64,000 bases of DNA from an uncultured Chlamydiae bacterium (GTDB taxonomy: Bacteria; Chlamydiota; Chlamydiia; Chlamydiales; SM23-39): contig CAVSSM010000002.1 in the NCBI GenBank assembly GCA_963730605.1, positions 394,416 through 458,415 on the forward strand, given 5' to 3'. The notes below the pieces were generated by a model. The model was not told the DNA's origin. It did no database searches and was given only the letters and a program-made list of their open reading frames with translations. This document shows positions 9,863 through 19,159 of the stretch, one piece after another; within the stretch, counting starts at the first letter, position 1, and every line of letters begins with the position of its first letter. A program made the translations under genes and the position numbers.

Positions 9863-10325
9863 TGGCATCCTCGTTTTGTTGCGGAGCAATCATCCGGATC
9901 GCCTCCAGGAGTTCTCGGATGTCCTTGAATCGCTTATAAACGCAAGCGAAACGGATATAGGCGACCACGTCGGTTTCTTTCAGGTGCTGCATCACAATCT
10001 CCCCAAGCTCGCGGCTCGCGATCTCCCGTACTCCGCGGGCCATCAGATCGGACTTGATCTTATAGGCCAAGGCGCGAACTTGATCGTGGCTAATGAGCGT
10101 GTGCCGGCAAGCGGCATCCATCCCAGAAATCAGCTTCTCCTGTTGGAAATCCTCGTAAGTCCCATCCCTTTTCTTCACTTGGAGGCTCAAATCGACAGTC
10201 TCGAAGGTCGTGAACCTCCGCATACACTGGCAACATTCCCTCCGGCGGCGGATTGCATTGATCTCGATAGCATCGCGCGAGTCGGTGACCTTCGACTCCT
10301 CATGATTGCAAAAAGGACATCTCAT
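9843..10325 (-). CDS. nrdR: Transcriptional repressor NrdR
   Basis: MRCPFC, RRRREC..C..RFTTFE, ATP cone and AYIRFA. Confidence 0.97.
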   Translation of the reverse strand: MRCPFCNHEESKVTDSRDAIEINAIRRRRECCQCMRRFTTFETVDLSLQVKKRDGTYEDFQQEKLISGMDAACRHTLISHDQVRALAYKIKSDLMARGVREIASRELGEIVMQHLKETDVVAYIRFACVYKRFKDIRELLEAIRMIAPQQNEDANAVEKK

Positions 10326-10378
10326 ATCTTTCGAAGACCTGTTTGACAGGTCTCCATTTTTTTGAAAAGAATTCGTTA

Positions 10379-10789
10379 CGGAGAGGGTGGGATCCCCTCA
10401 CGCGGGCCTTCGGCCCGTCTCCCGGGGCGGCGATTCGCGGACGCAGCCGCTCATTCGAATCCTACCCCGCAACACGCGCAGGCGTGTTGCTTCTTCCGCT
10501 TTTTGCGGCAAAAATCGGAGAGGGTGGGATCCCCTCACGCGGGCCTTCGGCCCGTCTCCCGGGGCGGCGATTCGCGGACGCAGCCGCTCATTCGAATCCT
10601 ACCCCGCAACACGCGCAGGCGTGTTGCTTCTTCCGCTTTTTGCGGCAAAAATCGGAGAGGGTGGGATCCCCTCACGCGGGCCTTCGGCCCGTCTCCCGGG
10701 GCGGCGATTCGCGGACGCAGCCGCTCATTCGAATCCTACCCCGCAACACGCGCAGGCGTGTTGCTTCTTCCGCTTTTTGCGGCAAAAAT
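10379..10789 (-). repeat. 3 x 137-bp identical tandem repeats downstream of tRNA-Ser
   Basis: Units start at 10379, 10516 and 10653. Each shares CGGAGAGGGTGGGAT (15 nt) with the tRNA 3' end at 10790. Confidence 0.97.
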
Positions 10790-10876
10790 CGGAGAGGGTG
10801 GGATTCGAACCCACGATACGTTTTCACGTATACACGCTTTCCAAGCGTGCTCCTTAAGCCACTCGGACACCTCTCC
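10790..10876 (-). tRNA. tRNA-Ser(GGA), CCA not encoded
   Basis: GGAGAGGTGTCCGAGTGG...CACGC-TTGGAAA-GCGTG, long variable arm, GTTCGAATC T-loop. Confidence 0.97.
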
Positions 10877-11084
10877 ACATACTTTCCAACCTAGCGAAAA
10901 GGCAAGAGAATATCCAAACCGAGCAAAACCCACAAGATGGAATGGCGATTAAAAAATTTTTAGGATACCCAGACCTTGAAGTCCGAGTCTATTTCAAAAA
11001 AATATTATAATTTATTTTTAGTTTTAGTTTTATTTAAACCACAAACATGTTAAAATACTAGAAATCAAAAAAAATGGAGGCATT

Positions 11085-11912
11085 ATGAGTTATGTTATTT
11101 CCACATCGGTTCCCGGCGTCTATGCCAGCCTGAAGAAGGAGGAAGTGTTATTATTGGCTGAACGCTTTTTCCAGTGCCCTGCTGCGGCTAAGCTTCTTGG
11201 TTCCGAGCGGTTCATCAAACCGCTTCTCATAGACTGCGAAAATATTCCGGGGTCTAAATCGGACGTTGAATATGAAAAGAGTAATGCTAATCCCTTAAGA
11301 GCGATGATCTTAATTCCGGAAAAGCTTCTTCAGTCGACAAAGGCTCTGCTGGATCTTGCCTTTGAGATCTTTAACACCCAAAGAAGTTCCTCCGGTTTGG
11401 ATTTGCAAAAGCAGGCTGAGCTTGGGAATGTGGGGATGGATTCTTATGCTAGGAAAAGAGAAGAGCGAGAGACCGCGGACACTCAGGAACACCATAAATT
11501 GATCAAACAATGCGCAAAATCATGGAAGCTATCTCCCAAAACACTGGAAGAATCTTTTCTCAAAGAAAATGAAAACCTAGAGGTTGACTTATTTAAGCAA
11601 GAATACGTGTGCCATACAGATCGGTACCGCCAAGAATGGATCGATATGTTTCAAAAAATTTATTGCAACAAACATCCTGACGATTTTGGCCGTTCTTGCA
11701 AGACTAAAAAGAAAGATCTTTGCGACCAGGATAAGTTGCTCAGAATGTCCCTGTCAGAGCGATCGGAGTTTGCGTTTAAGCGGGCTTGCAAACTATTTCC
11801 TCAAGCCCATGAAAACGTGAAAAACGACCCCGCCACTAGAAAGATGATCCAGAGGGAATGCCCGAGTGCGCTAGGTAAATCCTCGAATCAACCCATTAAG
11901 AAGGATCTTTGA
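11085..11912 (+). CDS. Hypothetical protein, Cys-containing C-terminus
   Basis: 275-aa ORF with GGAGG RBS behind an AT-rich upstream region. Confidence 0.75.
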   Translation: MSYVISTSVPGVYASLKKEEVLLLAERFFQCPAAAKLLGSERFIKPLLIDCENIPGSKSDVEYEKSNANPLRAMILIPEKLLQSTKALLDLAFEIFNTQRSSSGLDLQKQAELGNVGMDSYARKREERETADTQEHHKLIKQCAKSWKLSPKTLEESFLKENENLEVDLFKQEYVCHTDRYRQEWIDMFQKIYCNKHPDDFGRSCKTKKKDLCDQDKLLRMSLSERSEFAFKRACKLFPQAHENVKNDPATRKMIQRECPSALGKSSNQPIKKDL

Positions 11913-11922
11913 CCCTTCTTCT

Positions 11923-12987
11923 TCAGCCTTTTTTTTGGGCGAGGATGTAGTGGCTGGTGGTTACGAGGCCTAGGCGATCCGCTTCGATGAATGCGTCTCC
12001 GTCTTTGCAGAGCCGGTCGAACAGCAACTTGAAATGGCCCGGAAGAATCTTGCACTTAACCAGGAAATTGATAGCCCGATTGACCCGCGTAAAGAACTTA
12101 TCGGCATTCTCGATCAAAGGCGCTTGGTAGCCCCCAACGCTCGCATTTTCATTTTTCAGGATCTCGAACCCGGCCTCTTGCAAGAGACGGGTGCAGTTTC
12201 CTACGGAATGGGTGCCGATCGCGCCGATCAGCGGCTTGACCCGGCTCATCAAGGCGGCATGATGCGGATTTTTCGGGTCGTATTTATCGAGGCTCGCCCA
12301 TTCGAGGCATGCGAACCGCCCTCCGGGTTTGAGGAGCCGGTGAATTTCTTTGAAAGTTTTCCCCAAGTCTTTCGCGTAGGTGAATATGCACTGGATTTCA
12401 TAGATATGGTCGAAAGATCCGTCCGGAAAAGGATAGGGGATCTGATTTAAATTTCTTTTAATGAACTCAGTTCGGCTGGATAGTCCCTTTTGCAGCGCAT
12501 ATTTTCTCGCGCAGGTTAATTGATCGGGGTCGAGATTCAACCCGGTCACATGGGCTCCGGAACTTGTCGCCATTTGGCTTGCGACACGGCCTCTGCCGCA
12601 CCCGATATCGAGGGCTTTTTTGCCTGGCGCCAGCCCTAAGTCTTTGCACATATTCTTTTCAAAGAGCTTTTGGTTGGCCATAATGCTAGCCGATAGATCG
12701 ATGGCCGGAGGGATATACATCTTTTCCACCTGGCCGACAGAGCAAAGATGGTTGAGCACCGAGTAGTAATCGACAATTTTTTTTTGGATCTCCTGCTCGT
12801 AGTTCGGCCCAAGCTTTTTGATGAGGTCTTCTTCTTCAGCCCAATCGCAGTCGTAGATGACGTAAGAGTTGAGAAACGCGTCGACTTTCTCGGGAGGCAG
12901 AGTATATAGAGTCTTTAAAGACTTTAACACCGTCGATAACCGGTAAGACCAAAATTGGAACTTTGAAGGAAGCGTAGAAAGAGGCAT
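11923..12987 (-). CDS. SAM-dependent methyltransferase, sterol C24-methyltransferase (SMT/ERG6)-like
   Basis: ALDIGCGRG, VTGLN, FPDGSFDHIYEIQ and EIHRLLKPGGRFACLEW...YDPKNPHH follow the SMT motif order. AAGGTGG RBS before ATG 12987. Confidence 0.7.
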   Translation of the reverse strand: MPLSTLPSKFQFWSYRLSTVLKSLKTLYTLPPEKVDAFLNSYVIYDCDWAEEEDLIKKLGPNYEQEIQKKIVDYYSVLNHLCSVGQVEKMYIPPAIDLSASIMANQKLFEKNMCKDLGLAPGKKALDIGCGRGRVASQMATSSGAHVTGLNLDPDQLTCARKYALQKGLSSRTEFIKRNLNQIPYPFPDGSFDHIYEIQCIFTYAKDLGKTFKEIHRLLKPGGRFACLEWASLDKYDPKNPHHAALMSRVKPLIGAIGTHSVGNCTRLLQEAGFEILKNENASVGGYQAPLIENADKFFTRVNRAINFLVKCKILPGHFKLLFDRLCKDGDAFIEADRLGLVTTSHYILAQKKG

Positions 12988-13100
12988 GCAAACCACCTTA
13001 AATGAATTTCTTGAAATATTCATATCGAGCTCGATTCTGTCAACTTCTTTCATGTCCTTCCTTGACTTCGGGACCTTCATGCTGAGATACTGTCCTCGTT

Positions 13101-14249
13101 ATGCTTCTTTTTAGATATATACCGAAACAACTCGAAGATTTGGTTTCTGCCTTCGTCGGACAGCCACAAGCTTTGAGCCCGCCTGCACCCCACCCCAAAG
13201 ACGATGCGTCTTCGGGGACCCCGGCGTTCAACTTATTCAAGTTGAGCTGCTTCGGCGGCGCCTTCGCCTGGCTCAAATCTTGGGCGCTGCTTCGCATAAA
13301 AAAGGTCCATTCAAGGACCTTTTTTATGATTTCGCAGTGGCATTTTTCCCAAATCTTCAAATTGTTTCGGTATTTCCCGATCCTCATTTTGCTTCTTGCC
13401 GGATGCGGCCGGGCCCCGCAGCCTCTAGAAAACGCAAGGCCCCTCGTTCTCGTCAGCATCGCCCCTTATAAGTTTATCGCGGAGCGGATCGCAGGCAAAG
13501 CCTTGGATGTTCAGACGATCATCCCCCCGCGCTCTAATCCCCATGTTTTCGAGCCGACGTCGCGTCAAGTTCTCGAAATCTCTCGGGGCCAGGTATGGTT
13601 TCGCATCGGGGAGCCGTTCGAAGCGAAAGTGCTCCTCTTGCTTCAAGAGAGCCATCCCGGCTTGATCGTCTCTGACTTGCGGGATGGGATCGAGTTGCAG
13701 CCGTTGGAGGACGTTGACCACTCCCTATGCACTCATTGCTCGTCCGACTCTCTGGACAGACATATCTGGCTGAGCCCGAAGCTGGCCGGCCAGCAAGCAG
13801 TCCATATCGCCAAGGTTTTATCGGACCGCTTTCCAGAGCATAGGGAAGAGATCCAAAAAAACCTTCAAGAATGCCTTGCAGAGCTCAAAGACCTTGACTT
13901 AGAGATCCGAAAGCTTCTAGCCCCTCAACAAGCGCGCTCGTTCATCGTCTCCCATTCCGCTTTCGGATATTTTTGCCACGAATACGGACTAGAGCAGCTC
14001 TCCGTCGAACAGGAAGGGAAAGACGCCCGCCCGCGCCGTTTGGAAGAGATGCTCTCAAAGGCGAGACGCCTCTCTACAGCAGTCGCTTTTGCCCTGCCCC
14101 AGCATAATAACAAGGGCGCACAGATGATCGCAGATGAGATACACATTCCGATTCGGATGATCGACCCCTATTCGGCCGACTATTTCAACACCTTGCGAAC
14201 CCTTGCCCAACTCATCGCCGATCCCCGGAGTGAGATTTCTCCCTCATGA
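13101..14249 (+). CDS. Zn/Mn ABC transporter substrate-binding lipoprotein (ZnuA/TroA family) with MITE in the N-terminus
   Basis: Lipobox LAGC; PHVFEP, DRHIWLSP and HSAFGYF motifs. The true start may be ATG 13326. Confidence 0.9.
   Translation: MLLFRYIPKQLEDLVSAFVGQPQALSPPAPHPKDDASSGTPAFNLFKLSCFGGAFAWLKSWALLRIKKVHSRTFFMISQWHFSQIFKLFRYFPILILLLAGCGRAPQPLENARPLVLVSIAPYKFIAERIAGKALDVQTIIPPRSNPHVFEPTSRQVLEISRGQVWFRIGEPFEAKVLLLLQESHPGLIVSDLRDGIELQPLEDVDHSLCTHCSSDSLDRHIWLSPKLAGQQAVHIAKVLSDRFPEHREEIQKNLQECLAELKDLDLEIRKLLAPQQARSFIVSHSAFGYFCHEYGLEQLSVEQEGKDARPRRLEEMLSKARRLSTAVAFALPQHNNKGAQMIADEIHIPIRMIDPYSADYFNTLRTLAQLIADPRSEISPS
13118..13374. mobile_element. IS630-type MITE (net +255 bp) inserted in frame
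   Basis: TATACCGAAACAACTCGAAGATTTGG ... CCAAATCTTCAAATTGTTTCGGTAT; ends related to the 8081-8244 element. Confidence 0.8.
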
Positions 14250-15016
14250 AACCTGCCGTCGCCGCTTCCAAGCTTTGTTTTGCTTATGAAAAAACGAGCG
14301 TGCTGCAAAACGCCGCGTTTCAGATCAGGCATGGCGAATTCATCGGGATCATAGGCCCGAATGGCGGCGGAAAAACGACCCTATTGAAGCTGATCATGGG
14401 ATTCCTTGCGCCCCAACAAGGCGCTCTCCATGTTTTTGGGAAGCCTCCTATAGACGAGCGGCGCCGGATCGGATATGTGCCTCAAGTCAATCAGACGGAT
14501 CGCGATTTTCCGATCACTGTCTTAGAGTTAGTGATGCTGGGCTCTGCAAAAAGTTATTTTATCTATCCTGCCGCGGTAAAGAAAAAAGCCATTGAGGCGA
14601 TTGAAGAACTTGGGCTCGGTCCCCATAAATCAAAATCTTTTGCATCCCTTTCCGGCGGTCTTGCGCAAAAGGCCCTTCTCGCTAGAGCAATGCTCTCAGA
14701 CCCCGATCTCCTTCTCCTGGACGAGCCGACCGCGAACATCGATCACGCCTCTCGGATCGAGATCTCCAAGAAGCTGGAGGCCTTGAAAGGAAAAAAAACG
14801 ATCCTCCTCGTCACCCACGATCTTCGGACCATCATCGAGAATGTAGATCGGATCCTCTGCGTCCAGACGCAAATCACCTCCTATTTGCCTCGGGAAGTAT
14901 GCGAACATTTTGCCCTTGGCCTCTATCATGCCCCTCTTCTTCCAACTAAAGCGCCTGAACGGCTGGCGCACAAAGACCCCGAAAGGAGCGCCGGTGGCTT
15001 CCGCCTTTCTCGCTAA
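14246..15016 (+). CDS. Metal ABC transporter ATPase
   Basis: GPNGGGKTT, LSGG, LLLDEP and VTHD motifs. Confidence 0.93.
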   Translation: MKPAVAASKLCFAYEKTSVLQNAAFQIRHGEFIGIIGPNGGGKTTLLKLIMGFLAPQQGALHVFGKPPIDERRRIGYVPQVNQTDRDFPITVLELVMLGSAKSYFIYPAAVKKKAIEAIEELGLGPHKSKSFASLSGGLAQKALLARAMLSDPDLLLLDEPTANIDHASRIEISKKLEALKGKKTILLVTHDLRTIIENVDRILCVQTQITSYLPREVCEHFALGLYHAPLLPTKAPERLAHKDPERSAGGFRLSR

Positions 15017-15839
15017 CCCTTTCCTTCAGACGGCCCTAATAGCTAGCCTTCTCGCCTCGATTGCGAGTGGGACGATCGGCTCCTTCGTCGTCGTCAAAAG
15101 GATCGCTTTCATCGCAGGCGCGATTTCCCATTCGCTCCTGGGAGGCATGGGCCTTTGCCTTTGGCTCCAAAGGACCTACAGCCTCCTATGGCTTGATCCA
15201 TTGTTTGGAGCCTTTGCCGGGGCGATCGGATCGGCCATGCTCCTCGGATGGATCCATCTCAACTACCGGCAGAGGGAAGACTCGGTCATCGCAGCCATCT
15301 GGTCCTCGGGGATGGCTATCGGCGTCATCTTCATTTCCCTGACTCCGGGGACCAACGTCGAATTGATGAATTTCCTCTTCGGCAACATTCTTTGGATTAG
15401 TCAGAGAGACCTTCTCCTTCTCGGCGCCCTCGATGTATTCATCCTTGGCTTTATTTTATTTTATTACCGCCGCTTCCTCGCCCTTTGTTTCGATGAAGAA
15501 CAGGCCCTGCTCCGAGGCATCCCTGTGCGCCGCCTTTATATGCTTCTCCTGAGCCTCGTTGCTGTGACAGTCGTTTTCCTGATCCAGATCATCGGAACGG
15601 TCCTCGTCATCGCCCTTCTCACGATCCCCGCCACTTTAGCCGGGCTGTTTACCCATCGTTTGTCTGTGATGATCGGAAGCGCCATCGTCCTCTCCGCCCT
15701 TTTCAGCTTCTTCGGCCTCGAAGCTTCCTATTTACTCGATTGGCCGCCCGGCTCCACGATCGCTCTCCTGGCTGCCCTCGTCTATTTCGCCATTCTGCCC
15801 TTGAAAAGGAAAAAATTTGGTTGGCGCTCTGCCGCCTAA
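14910..15839 (+). CDS. Metal ABC transporter permease (ABC-3 family); start uncertain
   Basis: Hydrophobic; GAISHSLLGG, NFLFGNIL and FDEEQA motifs. Confidence 0.9.
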   Translation: MPLASIMPLFFQLKRLNGWRTKTPKGAPVASAFLANPFLQTALIASLLASIASGTIGSFVVVKRIAFIAGAISHSLLGGMGLCLWLQRTYSLLWLDPLFGAFAGAIGSAMLLGWIHLNYRQREDSVIAAIWSSGMAIGVIFISLTPGTNVELMNFLFGNILWISQRDLLLLGALDVFILGFILFYYRRFLALCFDEEQALLRGIPVRRLYMLLLSLVAVTVVFLIQIIGTVLVIALLTIPATLAGLFTHRLSVMIGSAIVLSALFSFFGLEASYLLDWPPGSTIALLAALVYFAILPLKRKKFGWRSAA

Positions 15840-15844
15840 TATGA

Positions 15845-15874
15845 TTGACATCGCGTTAGTCTATCGGATATGAT
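15845..15874 (+). promoter_or_regulatory. Sigma70/sigma66-type promoter of rplU
   Basis: TTGACA-18 nt-TATGAT, 30 nt upstream of the rplU ATG. Confidence 0.65.
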
Positions 15875-15903
15875 GTCTGCCAACATTTCTGGAGGATTCT
15901 ATC

Positions 15904-16215
15904 ATGTACGCGATCGTCAAAATCGCCGGTAAGCAATATCGGGTTCAAGAAGGGGATGTCATTGATGTTGATCTCCTCCATGCTGAAGACAAGGCCTTGA
16001 AATTCGACCAGGTTCTCTACTTCAACGACGGGACAAAGTCCCATGTAGGAATCCCTTATGTTCCAAAGTGCATCATCCACGCCGAACTAGTCGGCAATAC
16101 AAAAGGTCCAAAAGTGATCGCCTTCAAATATAAGCGATGCAAGAACTACCGCCGCACCGTGGGCCACCGCCAGAAATATTCTCGAGTGAAAATCACGAAA
16201 ATCGCAGCAGCTTAA
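15904..16215 (+). CDS. rplU: 50S ribosomal protein L21
   Basis: MYAIVKIAGKQYRV...GHRQKY. Confidence 0.97.
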   Translation: MYAIVKIAGKQYRVQEGDVIDVDLLHAEDKALKFDQVLYFNDGTKSHVGIPYVPKCIIHAELVGNTKGPKVIAFKYKRCKNYRRTVGHRQKYSRVKITKIAAA

Positions 16216-16227
16216 GAGGATGGATAA

Positions 16228-16476
16228 ATGGCACATAAGAAAGGACAGGGATCTACCCGCAACGGACGCGACTCCAATTCGCAACGCCTTGGTATCAAGG
16301 CGACCATGGGGCAATTCGTAACGGCTGGCAGCATTATCGTGCGACAGACGGGAACGAAATGGCACCCATGCAAAAATGTAGGACTCGGCAAAGATTATAC
16401 GATTTTCGCCCTTGTGGATGGGATCGTCTCTTTTCAGAAAACCGACAAGACCTACGTATCTGTAATCCCCCAGTAA
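16228..16476 (+). CDS. rpmA: 50S ribosomal protein L27
   Basis: [16 protein letters not shown]. Confidence 0.98.
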   Translation: MAHKKGQGSTRNGRDSNSQRLGIKATMGQFVTAGSIIVRQTGTKWHPCKNVGLGKDYTIFALVDGIVSFQKTDKTYVSVIPQ

Positions 16477-16491
16477 TCCTTTGGGCCTGCC

Positions 16492-17490
16492 GTGTTCGTC
16501 GATAGCGTGAATCTCCAGTTATCGGCGGGACGGGGTGGCAACGGGGTCATCGCTTGGCACCGCGCAAAATACATTCCTAAAGGGGGCCCAGCCGGAGGCG
16601 ATGGGGGCAACGGCGGCTCGATCATTTTAGAAGCCGATCCTGAAGTTTTCTCTCTCGAATATTACCGTAACCGTCGCATCGTCAAAGCCAAAAACGGCAT
16701 GCAAGGGGGCAGCAATAACTGCAAAGGGAAAAACGGCGCCGATCTCGTTCTCAAAATCCCGATGGGAACTCTTGTCAAAGACTCCGTAACCAAAGCAATT
16801 CTTTTCGACTTCACCGAGAAAGGACAGCGTTGGTCTCTTACCGGCGGTAAAGGCGGGAAAGGAAATACCCGTTTCAAGACCTCTACCCACCAAGCTCCCT
16901 ACATTTGCACGGAAGGAACCCCTGGACAGTCCTGCGAAGTGGAATTGGAGCTCAAGCTGATCGCCGATATCGGGCTTGTCGGCATGCCGAATGCCGGCAA
17001 ATCGACCCTGCTCTCCCGCCTCGCTCACATCGAGGTGAAGATTGCGCCTTATCCATTCACGACGCTCCGCCCCAATCTCGGCATCGTCCATTTCCCAGAG
17101 CGAAAAGTTTTGATCGCGGACATTCCCGGCATCATTGAAAATGCCCATCAGAATGTTGGGCTCGGCTTCGCTTTCTTGCGACATATCGAACGAACATTGG
17201 CACTTGTCTTCCTCATTGAACTTGCCCCCTATCAAGATCGAGATCCGTACGTTGAGTTTCTCGTTTTGCGCTACGAGCTCGAAGCCTATAATCCGGCATT
17301 GCTCGAAAAACCGTTCCTCGTTGTACTCAACAAGATCGACCAGGAAGGGGCGGCTGACTTGGCCGCCTCTTTTCGTTCTCGCTATACTATTGACAAGAGC
17401 AACCTCTTCGAGATCTCTGCTCTCGAAGGTATCGGCCTCGAGCGGTTAAAGCAGCGCTGCGAGAGCTTGTTCAATCAGTCTAAAAGCTAA
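16492..17490 (+). CDS. obgE: GTPase ObgE/CgtA
   Basis: Gly-rich Obg fold; GMPNAGKST, DIPG and NKID. Confidence 0.97.
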   Translation: MFVDSVNLQLSAGRGGNGVIAWHRAKYIPKGGPAGGDGGNGGSIILEADPEVFSLEYYRNRRIVKAKNGMQGGSNNCKGKNGADLVLKIPMGTLVKDSVTKAILFDFTEKGQRWSLTGGKGGKGNTRFKTSTHQAPYICTEGTPGQSCEVELELKLIADIGLVGMPNAGKSTLLSRLAHIEVKIAPYPFTTLRPNLGIVHFPERKVLIADIPGIIENAHQNVGLGFAFLRHIERTLALVFLIELAPYQDRDPYVEFLVLRYELEAYNPALLEKPFLVVLNKIDQEGAADLAASFRSRYTIDKSNLFEISALEGIGLERLKQRCESLFNQSKS

Positions 17491-19159
17491 CGATCAGCCC
17501 GAAGTTGTAACGGGAGTGGGTGGGATTGTCGAAACCGTTGTGCCAGAGCTGGACGCCGTAATCGAAGCGGATCGTCACATAGCGGTCGATCTGATAACGG
17601 ACGCCGGGACCGATGGAGCCTAGGCTCACAGTCCGGCTTTCGTGGACGAGGGGATTGGTATTGCCCCCATAGCCGCAATCGAAGAAGGCGAGAAAATAGA
17701 GCTCGTCGAAGGAACGGCGCGACCAACCGGCGAGTTTGCCGATGCTGAGTCGGGGCGTTTGGAGAGTGAGGTTGAAAAGAAGGGCGTTGTCGACGTTGAC
17801 GACCCGCTCTTCGAATCCCCGGACGGCGTTGTAGCCGGAAAGGGTGAATTGTTCGCTGGGAAGCAAGTTTTTTGTCGAAAGCTGACCATTGAGGTCATAG
17901 CTGAACCAGAAATGGTCGAAGCGGTAGGCGAAAGAATGGGAAAGCTTGAAATAAACATATGCTGGGCCTGCACCAGGACGGAAGACTTCAAATTTTTCCG
18001 TAGTGTTGCCGTGAGACATATTGCTTGGAGCGCCATACAGCTCGGCAACTAGAGCTACCTTATGGCAATGGCTCCTATGACCCAGGTCATAGCCGATCAT
18101 GAATTGATCGATGCTTACCAGGTTATTGAAAACCAAGACGCCCTTCGTCTTGATACGGGCGATCACCTGCTTATAATCGAATCCGAGAATGAACTCTTGG
18201 AGAAACGAAGTGTTCGTGATAATGGGGATCCGGTAGCGGCCATCGACTTGCCAGCTTTGCGATTTTTCAGTGTCTCCGTTCGGTAATTTGGGCTGCACTT
18301 GTGTATAGCCGCCATAAGCGATGAGAGTTTGCCTTGCGGGAAAAGGAACGCGGAAAAGGGCTGTCTGCGTATTGAACCGGTTCCAATTGGGAGAACAGGT
18401 GAATTGGTAGGAAAGTTCCGACTCTTCGACGATCGTTTTGCCGAAATTGATTCCGAAAAAGAAGCGGTCCCTGTCCGTCGGGTCCGTTCCCGTATTATCT
18501 GCGCCCATGTAAAAACGGTAGGGCCACCGGTCGATCGTGGCGAGCTCCAGATCTGCAGTCCCTACTTTCTTGCCTGGACGAAAGATGGCATCGGTTCTCC
18601 GGAACGGATTTTGGTTCAGCCGCGCCAAATCTTTCAACAATTGCCTCCCATCGATCGGAGATCCGCTCTTTGCGTTGATGGTTTTCTTGATTTGGCTGGG
18701 GGTATAATATTCATTTCCTCGCACTGTGATATTGCCGAGCGTCGCTTCCTCGATGACAACTCGTAAAACACCGTTCGTGACTGGTTGCCGCGGGATGCTG
18801 ACGATGACGAAGGGCTGCCCTTTTGCACAATAGAAATCGGCGATATCGGCCTTGAGTTTCCAAAGCGCGCCTTGCGTGAGCGTCCTGCCGACAAACTCTT
18901 CTTGCAGCCGTTTCAGGAAGTCCGGATTCTCAGAGAGAAGAACCACGCCGCTTGATTGCACGCCATTTAGTTCTTTAGGTTCCTTCTCGACCTTTTCAGA
19001 ACGGCCAACGATCCAAATGCCCATCAAGGGATCTGCCACCACATCCGATTGAAAAGCCCCCCTAACAGCCAGTGGGGCGCTATCGACTGCCAAGGAGTTG
19101 GGAGATCCCCAAAAAGACGAAAGGAGCGCCAAGAAACATGCCACGAATAAGTGTATCAT
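17480..19159 (-). CDS. ShlB/FhaC/HecB (TpsB, Omp85) outer-membrane transporter
   Basis: Signal peptide, POTRA-like region, DNTG, SEQFTLSGYNAVRGF motif and terminal Phe. Confidence 0.88.
   Translation of the reverse strand: MIHLFVACFLALLSSFWGSPNSLAVDSAPLAVRGAFQSDVVADPLMGIWIVGRSEKVEKEPKELNGVQSSGVVLLSENPDFLKRLQEEFVGRTLTQGALWKLKADIADFYCAKGQPFVIVSIPRQPVTNGVLRVVIEEATLGNITVRGNEYYTPSQIKKTINAKSGSPIDGRQLLKDLARLNQNPFRRTDAIFRPGKKVGTADLELATIDRWPYRFYMGADNTGTDPTDRDRFFFGINFGKTIVEESELSYQFTCSPNWNRFNTQTALFRVPFPARQTLIAYGGYTQVQPKLPNGDTEKSQSWQVDGRYRIPIITNTSFLQEFILGFDYKQVIARIKTKGVLVFNNLVSIDQFMIGYDLGHRSHCHKVALVAELYGAPSNMSHGNTTEKFEVFRPGAGPAYVYFKLSHSFAYRFDHFWFSYDLNGQLSTKNLLPSEQFTLSGYNAVRGFEERVVNVDNALLFNLTLQTPRLSIGKLAGWSRRSFDELYFLAFFDCGYGGNTNPLVHESRTVSLGSIGPGVRYQIDRYVTIRFDYGVQLWHNGFDNPTHSRYNFGLIVSF

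Noticed and set aside
10343..10952. Three overlapping repeat-protein ORFs, or a CRISPR array
   Set aside because: The ORFs are by-products of a GC-rich 137-bp repeat antisense to tRNA-Ser. Units are identical, with no spacers and no cas genes.
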